NCBI RefSeq assembly: GCF_009834535.1
Contig: NC_045698.1
Span: 58,652,001 to 58,716,000 of the forward strand
From: Camelus ferus
Taxonomy: Eukaryota
Direction of reading: 5' to 3'
DNA: 64,000 nucleotides
A model generated the notes under the pieces. That model did no database searches and had not been told where the DNA came from. It was given only the letters and a program-made list of their open reading frames with translations. This document shows, in pieces, positions 51,563-63,593 of the stretch. Positions within the stretch are counted from its first letter, which is position 1. Every line of letters begins with the position of its first letter. The position numbers were made by a program, and so were the translations under genes.

Positions 51563-54500
51563 CTGAGTGTAATACCCAACAAATAGAACAAAACAAGTAA
51601 AATAAAGCAAAACTAAACCAAAACTGCCAACATTTGAATAAAATTAACACTGAAGCCCTGTTATTTAATCCCACCAGGAATAATACGTCGCTTTGCTCCT
51701 TCTCTGATTTGCTGCTTGAGTGAATTGTTTACAAAACATGGAACATTCTTCTGAAGTGAACTGGGAAGGGGGAAGAAAGAGAGAGAAAGGAGGGGAGGGG
51801 CAGAAGGAGGAAGGAAGAAAGGGTTCAGATCAACTGGAATCTAGAAACCTGAGTAGGAAATGCAGTTCAAGGGCCTACCATCCTTTCGAAGGTTAGCCTG
51901 AGGTCACAACAACACACAGCTTTATAGAACTGTCCTCTCGGCCTCTGCCTCTGGTTCTGTCTCTCACACATGGACACACGTGCACGCATACCCTCACACA
52001 GGTCTCTACCCAAACTGAAATAAAGAAGGGCATGTGCTGTTAATCCTCAGGAACAACCACTCACATTTGGTGTGAGCAATGGCCACAAAAAGCCGACTGC
52101 TTTTCCGAAGCTGTTTTCCTACATTACGGTTCACTCAAATGTCACCAACAAGAGGCTCCCTTGACATAAAGATGGAATATCCTGTCCCTGAAGGAGAATG
52201 CAGGCAGCCAGCACCCAGACAAGCCCTTGCCCCACTTTGACTGAAACTTCAAGTATATAAATGTGAAGTTGCTGCTAAATGGGCTGGGGCAAGACGGAGG
52301 AAGAGCCTGAAGCAGAGAAGCGTTACGTGAAGAACAGGTGCACTTAATCGGAGAGTGCGTGGGAAGGAGCGTGCACACTGAAGTCACCACGATGTTCTCC
52401 CAGCCTTCTTCCACGATCCTCCAGATTCTCACTGTTTTATGAATGATCGCATAGCAGGCCATGTGTGCAACCCCAGAATATACTGTTGGGGATCACTTCC
52501 ATCATTTTCCAGAAAAAGGGAGTGAGAAACGAAAATACTTGCTGACAACATCCCCAGGAATCCCACGGCTTAGGCAGAATTGGAATTCAAGGCTCGAAAA
52601 CCTCAATACCCCATGGAATCCCGTAACCACTAGGCCACACGCTCTTTCAAAATTGTTAATAGAAACAACATTGCCCTTTCCGTATGGTTGTAGATGCCCT
52701 ATTGATCTGTATCGCATATCATTTACCACTGGATGATTTGCCTGGAAAAGCAATGTTCACTGCTCCGTGGCAAATCAGACAACAGGGCTAAGATTGCCAC
52801 GGAACCAGGAAAACAGCAGAGGATGTGGGGGCACAAACCACCGCAGAGAACAAGCCTCATCTGCACGTTTTTCCGCAGCTATTTTTTACTCCACAGGAAA
52901 GCGAAGTAGTCGAGTGCAACTGTATTAAAAGTAAAACTATTTCTGCCTAACACAGATGTGGATCATGGGAATGGAAACCTAATAAACCAACAGCTGAAGG
53001 CCGCATTATTGCCCCCTCCTCCTCCCCTGGCTCATTTAGAAAATGACATGTTTTTCTTTGCAATGTTTTTCCCCTCCTCTCTCTTTAGTGGCAGTAATGC
53101 TGAATGCTCTTGACATAATTCTTCGTTCACCCCTGACAGTCATTTTTTTGAGTACTATCCCAGTAATAAAACACCTGACCTCGAGTCTTTCTCTTGGCCA
53201 CTGGCTTGGGTTACCCCAATTAGTGAGGCTCGTTTGGAAGTATCCGGGGGAGTCAGGTGTCTTACTCTTCGCTAAACTCAGCATTCTGAGAGAATATCCC
53301 ATTTTATTCAGGTCAATTTATTTTTCTAGTGGATGTCTTTATTCCTGTATGATCTAAACATAGCAAAACAACAGGTTTAAAAAATAATCTAAAAGTATGT
53401 AAAATTCTGACACCAAATATTTCTGCCTTGGAAGTCGTATCATAAATACCATTTCTAGTCCCCTGAGAGTTGCTTTTCAATATTTAAAGATAATCGAAAG
53501 AATTGTGTGTACAAGCATCAGTGAAGAGTTATTTTATTTACATATAAGGTAGCCACGGGTCTGCATAACTTAATGAAAATACACATGCACTTGTGTGCAG
53601 AGCGCACATCTGTGAATATTTGTGTGTCTGGGTCAACATATTTTGAGGGTACAGTTCTCCCCAATCAGTAACTCTTTATGAAAAATTCCTTTGGGTGGAA
53701 AAAACTGTGTAACTCCAGAGACAAAGGGTGTTTCTTACATGTTTGTGTGTTAATTAAATGTAAGATTTTGCCTCAAGAATCAAGTTGGGAGTTACTGCAA
53801 ATAGTAACTTACTGAGGTTTCCCAGAGAACTCGGGTGAAGGGATGTAGGCATTTTCAACATAAATGAGACGTAAGAGAAATTAAGAGAGAAATTAAAAGA
53901 GAATATTTAATTATCTTAAAGTAAGGATACTTTAATATTAAAATTACTTAAAATGCATCTTTGTGTGTCTGATATAGCAATCTCTTTGCTTCCTTTATTT
54001 GTTACTTAATGTTTATCAATAGACACAGGACTTCTCAACGAGAGTAAAATTTTTCTTCACAAATCTTTTAGAATTTGTGTGTGCTGTTTGCTGTGTGATT
54101 TTATCACTGGTCACATTTTTATTTTTTCTTAGAAAGGGTAAACTGTAAGATTTCTTGATACCCAATACTTGAACTAGACTATGAAGTCCCCACAAATCAA
54201 GGTGGACAAGTAAAAGGGACAGAAGTGAGCACGAGTGTTCCACAGACTACAAGGCCCCTTTTGACGTTCAAGCAACTCAGTAAGAAGGGAAAGAGAAATT
54301 GAATTTAGCTGATGCAAATGAAATTAAAACTAAATTGGTTGTCACATCAAGCTGATGTTAACTATGTAAATGTTTTCTGTTTATGAAACTACAGTTTAGA
54401 GTGTAAATGCTGCAAAAACACGAATATTTTCAAGTTCATTTAAAATAAAAATTCAAAGAAAGGTTGTAAAATTGTTTAAAATCTTTGCCACTTACCCAAG

Positions 54501-54605
54501 TCATATTTAAGGGACTACGGAAGCATGAAAACTGTGGACATAGAGTACTGAGATAAACACACACACACACATACACACACGTCAAGACACAGGCATGCTT
54601 TTCTG

Positions 54606-54945
54606 NNNNNNNNNNNNNNNNNNNNNNNNNNNNNNNNNNNNNNNNNNNNNNNNNNNNNNNNNNNNNNNNNNNNNNNNNNNNNNNNNNNNNNNNNNNNNNN
54701 NNNNNNNNNNNNNNNNNNNNNNNNNNNNNNNNNNNNNNNNNNNNNNNNNNNNNNNNNNNNNNNNNNNNNNNNNNNNNNNNNNNNNNNNNNNNNNNNNNNN
54801 NNNNNNNNNNNNNNNNNNNNNNNNNNNNNNNNNNNNNNNNNNNNNNNNNNNNNNNNNNNNNNNNNNNNNNNNNNNNNNNNNNNNNNNNNNNNNNNNNNNN
54901 NNNNNNNNNNNNNNNNNNNNNNNNNNNNNNNNNNNNNNNNNNNNN
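54606..54945. other. Assembly gap (N)
   Basis: Directly read. Confidence 0.98.
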
Positions 54946-55436
54946 ATTATAAAACCTTATTAAATCATGCCCTGTTAGATATTGATTGAGAGGGAGCTAA
55001 ACTAAAACCAACAATAGCAGCATGGATCAGAGCACACTGCTTTCATCAGTGGGCACTAAACACAGCTAAGCTTTCCAATCCTTTTTGGGGGGGAGGGGGA
55101 GGGATTTTTTTTTTTTAACTATTTACTTTTGTTTAAACCATTATCCCAGAAAGTCATACAATTATAGCAGCTTTGTCAGTCAAGAATAGATCGTAGTTGT
55201 CCAGCACTTCATCTTTTTGAATGTAGCGGTGTATTGCACAAACAATATTAGACTTGGTTAAGATGCAGGATTATTATTATGATTATTTGGGGGGTGCAAT
55301 TCTGGGTAATTATCATAATTATTCTTGACTCTGGGACCCCTTTGATGACAAGGCTGCTTTAAAGTAAACCACTTGGACATAACAACCCAAGATATTTGAA
55401 AAGGGGCTGCTGCCAGAATCAGAGTCGAAAACTCAC

Positions 55437-55680
55437 CCATGTTTTAAGGAAGGCTATCTTGATTATCAGGCTGTTTGCGTTCCTGGGCTGTCTTTTCTGC
55501 CATCTGTGAGCGCCACAGCAAACAAACCCTTTATGACAATCACCTCAGTGTAACTTGAATATGTCTGCTTTAGAGGAGATTTCTGTAATAAGACTCTGTG
55601 CTAATTAACTGTCAGCTTTTTTTTTTTTTTTTTTTTTTAACTCAGCAGAGTGCATTTCAGAAAGTAAAGGAAAGACATTC
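55437..55680 (-). other. Candidate distal alternative first exon ending in start codon ATG-G (5' end approximate; hypothesis: SOX6)
   Basis: AAAACATGG|gtgagt: A at -3 and G at +4 directly at a strong donor (intron starts 55436); TATA-like CATATAAG at 55715-55708 upstream. Confidence 0.55.
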
Positions 55681-58600
55681 CACCAAAACTCCTAAACGAG
55701 AATTGAGCTTATATGCTAGCCGGCCACAACCTACCCTTGTTCTCAGGCCTTACTTAGAGTAAATCTGTTTGCTTTTAATACTTTTCACGTGATAAAGATT
55801 TTCATATATCTTGCCAGTTGACTACAGGTAATAACATTTGCTCCTCCCTATAGACAGTTACTTGATTCAATATTGACCACACCCCCCCCCCCAAAAAAAG
55901 AGGAAATAAGGAAAGGAGAGGAAAAAGGAAGAAGAGAGGAAAATATACAGGTGTAACTTTGTTGTGCTAGAAATAGTAGTTACATACTTGTTTTTTAAAG
56001 GCAGTTAGTGTTGTTATCAAAAACTATCATAGTTAAAGGACAGATACTAAAATTATTAGTTTGATATCAAAGATGACTAATTTCACTTCAAGAGAAACAA
56101 TGATTTGTGGAAACAGCATTGTATGCCATGAAAATGACATTAAAAAAATCTCTACCAACTATCATTGTCTTATGACTATAGGAATCAAGGCTTAAACAAA
56201 ATAGAGACAGAAGTTTCCAGTATCAAACTTATTTCAGCAAATTCTTTTCTCCAGAATGGATAAAAACAGTAGTAACTACTTGAAAATAAAGCATTAATAT
56301 TTATTTCTTTTAAAAATATAAAACACAGGAATGAATGCAGAGGTTTTCACTTTGTTGTTAAAATCCCCTTCTGAATCATAGATCTCCAAAATATACATAG
56401 GAAATATTTTTAAGTAAACATAGAATGTGAGAGCATTCTATAATTACTTTGTTTTTTAGGCAGAATTTTATTTCTTTATATTGTGTAACTTTTTTGCAGT
56501 TTCCAAAAATTTTAATTGCATTTATAAATTAGATTTATTATTGAATAATAAAAAAATTACTCAAAACATTATCTTACTGCTGATCAGTATTTTCCATTTG
56601 TGAATTACCCTGGGTTTGAACTTAAACTTTGAAATTAAGCATGACATTCTCTTAATATTTTTAAGTGTTTGGCAAATATAAATTTTATTTTTCTATCTTG
56701 ATTTCCCCACCTTCTTAATTCTACTCTAAATAAAAATTTTAAAGTATTAAGTGTGCCTAATACTTTTAAGTTATCTAATTGTTATTTTAAAGCATTTTGA
56801 ACGGAACAGTTAACAAAAATAAATTTGCCAAGCTACGTATTGGATAATAGTTACTTTTTGAAGCATAAAGATGTCCATATATTCTTATAAATATTGCAAG
56901 CCAGTTTAAAAGCTTTAAATTTGTATATGCCACCTAGTATAAATAAATGACAGAGGCTGTTGCTAATTTTATTTTCATTCGATTTTTTTTTTAAGTATTA
57001 CCTGTTAATTTTATACTGATTAGTTCTGCTCCTTTGCTGATTCGTGTTTTCTGAAAGAAACCTGAGAATTATTCTTTTAATGTCTGACAGTTTTTAATTC
57101 AGTCATCAATTGGCAATTTTAGATTGCCTTCTATTTTAGACAAGTAGCTGGAATGTGAAATAACTGACCATTTAAGTTGCAACAAGTTTGTTTTTTTTTT
57201 TAATTGTCCTTAAGGTACATTTTCTGTTTTCCATTTTTAAAAGTGCTATAATTTTAACTCTTCTTTCAGTTGTCTGGGAAAATTATACTGAAACAGTTTT
57301 ACTTAATAGTAAACCCATGTAGTAAGAAAATTATCAAAATTTTGCTCAATACCCTCTCATATGTGAGCATAACTAATAAACATTTGAGGTTTGCCAACTA
57401 TTCATATTGCTATGTATTAGAGTGCCTTTCCTGAATTCTTTCTCTTCAGTCATGTTTAAAGATTGCAAACAAGAAAGAAATTATTTTAGTTTCAATACTA
57501 AAATATAATCATTTCAATTCCTATCACTTTCTTTAAAACTGAAATTTAATTGTTTTATCATCTTATTATGTGGGCTTTTTGTGATCAAATTACAAAAAAT
57601 GAGCTCTTGTAAGTCCTGTGATCTCTGTCTAGAATTTCTTTGGCTTACATCTTTATAAACACTGTGGCCAAATTGTTACTCATTTATCAGTTTTAACAAT
57701 ACAACAAAATGATTTCAATCAATTTATATTAGAACTACAGTAAAAAAGAAATGAGGCATATATTTTGTCTAATTTTTTCAAACTGTTTGGAACACAGAAA
57801 GCAGCCTGTTTCATTGAATTTAACTTTTTATGCTTGATCACATATGCTTTTTGTTTCTTAAATGACTCATTTATCAGCGTTAAAGAAAAATAGTTATTTT
57901 CCTCATATATCTTCTAAAAACTCTCCTAAAATCAATATGCAGAATTATATTGATGTATACACAGATCATTCCCTTATACCTTAGAAAACATTACCTGAAA
58001 TAGTCTCATGCATCTGACATAAAAATAAAAATTGAATAAATTTTTCAAATTGAATAACCATGCTGAAAATACCCTAAAGGCTATGAGCATCTATTTCACA
58101 AAATTGTTTCTGTTGGCTTAATTATGATTTTTTTCTAGTTACAGATGTAATACTAGATAATTGAGGGAAGGGGAAGAGGTAATTTTCCTTTAAGTTGAAG
58201 TAATATTGTTACTAAGAGAAATATTAATTCAACGGAATAGATACTGAATTTTTAAAGTTGAGTTGGTAGTAACATTTTAACTGTCTCTTTTCAGACACAT
58301 CTAACTCATGATAATGTTTATTTGTGGTAGACTCAGTGGAACAAATTTTGACCCAATATTTCAATTGTCATTTTTGAGGTTGATAAGTACCCAATATAGT
58401 GAGTGCTTTCTACACATGAGGATTCTTTTCTTTCAGAATTTTAAATTTTCTCTAAATTCTATTTTTCAAAGATTTAAGAAAATTTAATTTCCCAGGATAG
58501 AAGATTTTACAGTATTTTTCACATAGAAATTTGAAAAATTGTAAGATTACTTGACTTTGTTCCTGGAGCTTTCACATGAGGATATTTGCATTGACTTGGC

Positions 58601-58939
58601 GATAGGGTCCCTAAAATTAACTGGGGTGAAAATAAACTATTAGTAGGACTCTCTTCAGTTTCATCAGAATATTCAAGAGATATTATATGGAAGCTAAAGA
58701 TACGGAGATAGAACCTAAAGGTGTTCTTTTGACCTGACAAGTTCTTTCAGCTCATGCTCAGAGCATATTCACAAAGTACATGCATTGATTTCTCATTCAG
58801 CATAGGGAAATTGGAACATCTCTTAAGACAATTTTGAGAAGCCCAACTCCTTCTTAAAGGAAAAATTTAGGAAGTAAATCCAAATCTCCTTAGTGTCAGT
58901 CTAAATGTTAAAGTCCCAGGTCCCATTGGGAGATTTCAT

Positions 58940-59100
58940 AGAAAAGTCAGTCAGCAACACTCTCCTTTTGTCTCTTCTTATAGAGTACGACCACACCGCC
59001 ATGAAGCAAGGAGACGCTTGATGGTTTTCTTTACGGCAGCTACACTGAGGGTCTGTCTACACACAAGCTTCACTGCAGCCAGTGCTCCGCCCCCTCCCTA
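58940..59100 (-). promoter_or_regulatory. Candidate minus-strand promoter-like element
   Basis: SP/KLF box GGGGGCGGAG (59094-59085), several CpGs, TATAAG at 58982-58977. Confidence 0.3.
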
Positions 59101-62100
59101 TTCCTCAAACCCTTTACCAAACTCTTCCTTTGGAATTGCCTTCACAGTGAGATTATGAGCTGGTAGAAAAATATTCTTATTTCATAGTCATATTTTTAAA
59201 CCTAAAGCAGCGATATCTATGTTCAATACACTTAACTCCGTATAGTTTTCCCAAAGTCAATTTTCCTTTGTTGGGCAAAGAGTTTCCATTATAAAAAATT
59301 GTTCAAAAGAGTAGGCAGTAGTCTCTGAAGGCAGTTATCACAAGAGGACATCCAATACTGGGTTGAGCAATGGCAGCATCACTGAAATGAGCAAGGTGAT
59401 CACTTTGAAACTTTTGATTTTGATAAATGTTTGGTTACAGTAATTAAAATAATCACACTGCCCTGAAGCCATATCTCGAACATCTGCCTGTCATTCCTTT
59501 ATAAGATGAATTTCTCGCAGCTCTGCATGAAACATGACTTGAAAACATACAGTTCATGGACACAGTCCCTTTCGACATAGGCTTACTGGGTGACAAGGCT
59601 TTGTTTACATGCATAATAGGTAAGATTTAAGACAAATCTTAACATACAGACTAAAATTTAATATATTCTTCAGAAAACATTGAATCACTCCACATGTGAA
59701 TTTAGTTCTTAATCAGGATAGTTTAAATTAAAAAAAACTATTGGGTCTCAAAAGACAAATTAAGAATACTGTTACATGAACACTGAGCTAATGCATCAAT
59801 ATACATGCCCCCAAATTTAAGATTTTGTTTTTAAAATAAAGTATATGCACCAGTGCTTAAATGTTTTCAAAGGTTAATTTTAGTAAGAGTTATTTTACTT
59901 ATTTTTTTAAAAAATTGAATAACATTTTCAATCGTGTAGGATTATGTATGTGCCAAGTTTTGAGTTTCTGACTTTCTTTTACAGTTAATTTCCCTATTGT
60001 TAAAAAGACCATATATTTATGATACATACTTTCCCATATGAAAATTCTGTTTTGTGAGTGCTGCTTACCACAGTAAAGAAGCTACATGATTCACTTGGTA
60101 CGTGAGAATTTCTAGTTGTGCTTTGCAGTGTGGGTGGATTCTAGAGTCTCTGGCTGTGTATAACTTGGTGCGTTTTGCCATTATGAACTAATTATTCCAG
60201 TAGAAACAATGAAAGTGAATTCAGGTTTCTCAATCTTAACTCAGCAATGGAGTTTTCTTGGGGTATTAACCTTGATGCAACTTAAGTTTCAGAAACGTCT
60301 ACCACCTCCACCTCTAGAAGACGCCCAAAAGGAAATCAAGAACATCATGACCAGGAGACCCTGTAATAAACATGTGGTGGGAACATCATCACTTTCTGAT
60401 GAATATGTTGTCTTTTGTGCAGTCAATTCATTTTTTAGTATGTCTTATTTTGTTAATTGGCTACATGTTTTCATTCAATCACTCATGTTCTCTATCAGGA
60501 GAAGTCATTCCCTTTTTAATTTGTGCTGCTCTGAAATTATTCTTAGAGATCATTTTTAGTTTGTGCCTAGTATTTTATTTGTATCATGAATTAGAACTTA
60601 GAAATTAGTCCTTCCAAGCTTTGCTTCTTAAGCAATGAGTTTTAATCCGCTTCTCCTCCAATTTTGACTACACAAAGCCGTGCCAGCTTCTGGGATCACT
60701 TTATTTCTCTTTTGACTTGGATAAGAATCTAATGGTGAATCGTTTTAATAGCTCAGGAAAGAAAAACCCATAAAACTCCATTTCTGATGACTGCAATCTA
60801 TAGGTTTGTGTGACACATTCAGTTTAGAAAAAGAAAACTGGATCATTTGAGAAAATGTTCAACATCAAGTAAGACAGATCTGGATAACTGCTTTCCTAAA
60901 ATACTATAACAACAGGCAGACTTCGTGATTAAGACAAAATTTGGGAAGAAAGAGTGGGGATTTGGAGACATATTTTCCTTAGGATGTTAGAAGTACCCTG
61001 AGGGCAGCTATTCTGAAGCTCACTCGGGTCACTTTGTCTCATCCTCTCTGGTTTCTTCTGCTGGCTGCAGAGAGAATAATTTCCTATGCTTCTGACAGGT
61101 CTGCTCTTAATCGTTTTTCTGCCTCCTCACTTTCGGCTTCCTTTCATTTTTTTCTTTTTCTTTTTGTTTGTTGTTTGTTTTTACAATAGTTCAGCAACTG
61201 CTAACGCATCACCATATCGAAGTGTGGCTTGTTGTGTTGTACACTGGTATTGAGTCGATTGTTAGAGCCATGAGCTGGACTGTTTTTCTGATATTGTGGC
61301 CCCAAAGCTATGATTTCTAATCCAGTAAGAGATTTTCAGCTCTAACATCTGTGATTAGCTCTCAGCTCCTACCACGGGGAGGAGAATAGAATACTGCTTT
61401 CTTCATAGGTACCAGATTTTAAATTTCTGGAGGGCAGAGAGTTTTTCATTTGCTTTTCCTCTTAATTATCCCTCCCTTGTAACTAATGAAATTCCGTTTT
61501 GCATAAAGTAGGGGCTTGAGAACTTTACTGGAGGCCTTGTCTGTCGTTAATACTTCTTCTGAAGTGAAATCATATACCTGTATAGTCTATGAGGGGATCC
61601 AACTGGACACAGGACTGTTGCTTGCAGAGTCTGCTAGTGAAAATCTTTCCATTTTCACCATCAGGGTGTTTCCAAGCATATTTCTCAGATCTCCAGACTC
61701 TGAATCCTTCCTTTCTCCAGAGACCATCATTTGATTGTGCCTGTTATTTCCTGATCTAGTTGAGAGCACCAGTCTGGACCAGGAGACAGCAAAAGGCCTG
61801 GAGTTAAGAAGTTTTAGCCTGCTCCTCTGGGAAGTCTCACTCGCTTTACCAGCTCTGATTATCCACCTCAGTTGGGTCAAGTGGCTTCTGCCTTATTTCT
61901 TCTGTCTGGGCTAGCTGTCCTGTCATTGCCCATAGAACGTTTTGCTTTTGTTTTCTTTTTTCCCCAGAATCAGACCCTTTCTTGCTCTTATTAATACTTC
62001 TTAAGGCTGGAGTCAGTCTTTGAACAATTGTCAGAATTTACCCCACGCAAATGGACTGTATACTCTTCCAGGGTAAACGCCAAGAGACAGAACCCCTAGC

Positions 62101-62600
62101 AGAGCCCTCCTGTCTGCCTTCTGACTCCATGCTCATCTTTTGCTGGATTCCCCATCCTGATTCATCTTATTAGTAGAGATCCATCACCACTTTTTAGCAG
62201 TGGGTCCGTGCCACAGCCTCCAGGGGAGACATTTCCGGGTTTGTGTTGAGTCAGAGTCCCCCGATGGCTACCTTGGTCCAGATGGAAATCTAGTGCTAAG
62301 TCCAGGCCCTGCAAATCTGCTCTCTTCTGTCATTGTTATTGTTGGCCCAGCCGTGTCTGCCTGAATCTACATAGATAGTCATTTAGCTGCTTGTGCTTCT
62401 GTTAGAGCTAAACTTTTGAGGTTAGTGGAGAGTATAAAAGCTTAGAAAATTCTGATCCCACCTGCATTCCAATCTAGTAACAGGCAGAGCAATAGCAAAA
62501 ACCACAATGAGCAAAGCCAACTGGCTTTCTTAAAATAATGATCCCAGTACCATCATCATACAGGCAGATTTGAACATTATTCCGTATCTTGACTTTATAC

Positions 62601-62666
62601 CTAAGCATGTTGAAGCAGTTCTGAGCAGCACAAATACTGGCCTTTGGTCTCATTACGTCTCCATGC
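62601..62666 (-). other. Candidate 66-nt exon
   Basis: Acceptor ctattttctatgttcag|G; donor TTAG|gtataa (moderate). Confidence 0.3.
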
Positions 62667-63546
62667 CTGAACATAGAAAATAGTTATAAAAAACTAGACG
62701 TTATTTTTTAAAGAAATGAGGCACAAAACATATCTTTATATGCCATTTGTTGATTATGTTACCAATAATAGCTTTAAGCACCTGGACATTTGAGAGCAAT
62801 TTACATCAAACTGGTGCTGTTCTGGAGAAACATTTACCATCTGTATAACGTATGATGGTATTTCCATTTAATACCTAGTTCATATCTGGGGGATGTAGTA
62901 AGAATGAAAAAGATGTTGCTTATGAAAGACCTGTTTCTTGATGGTATATGAATAGTTTAACCATTAATTTGTGCTCTATTGAAGTGATCAATAGAGATCC
63001 AACTTTTTTTACTTATAATTCCCAACAATGAAAACTATAGGCATTATTATTTCTGTTTGAAAATAACGCCTATTTCTAAGGTTCTGTGATTCTGATTTCT
63101 TCATGCTATGTAATGAATACTTCCAATTACAACACATAAAACAGACCACTTTATATCTTATGATTTTCAAATAAAGTTTGCATTTAATCCAATCTTATCT
63201 TAGCGGAAAAATACAGAAGTCATGGACAGATTTCCAGGGACAATGTTTGAGCAGAGGCTTGAGAACAATTTTGTATGATATAGAAAATTATATACAATGG
63301 CAAGACATTAAATTATTAATGGCTCAATCATTTTTATCAACGAAATCTAGTAAATCCTGAGTCTGGTAAATCTAGTAACACCCACGACTGCTACCCAAAC
63401 TTAAGTTTTCATCCATCACTCTTTATCCCGGACAAATTCAGAGCAGGTTATATAAGTCAGTCCACATTAGCCTTAGGGAATATTTTCCAAGATGGTAGAC
63501 TAACAACAGTGTCTGTTTTGTGACCAGCAGAGTCACGGTCACTTAC

Positions 63547-63593
63547 GTACTTCAGCATTACATTTCTCCAAATCGTTTTGAAACAGAAAACCT
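63547..63593 (-). other. Candidate 47-nt exon
   Basis: Acceptor gtctcttctcttcaccag|A; donor GTAC|gtaagt, with a strong acceptor and a consensus intronic donor half. Confidence 0.4.

Noticed and set aside
52142-52462. 106-aa minus ORF containing KTVRIW (WD40-like)
   Set aside because: A single short motif with no GH-WD spacing or repeats and no flanking splice sites.
60209-60559. 116-aa ORF with KRLPPPPLEDAQKEIKNIM
   Set aside because: No recognised homolog, weak acceptor and donor, Phe/Leu-rich tail typical of AT-rich non-coding DNA.
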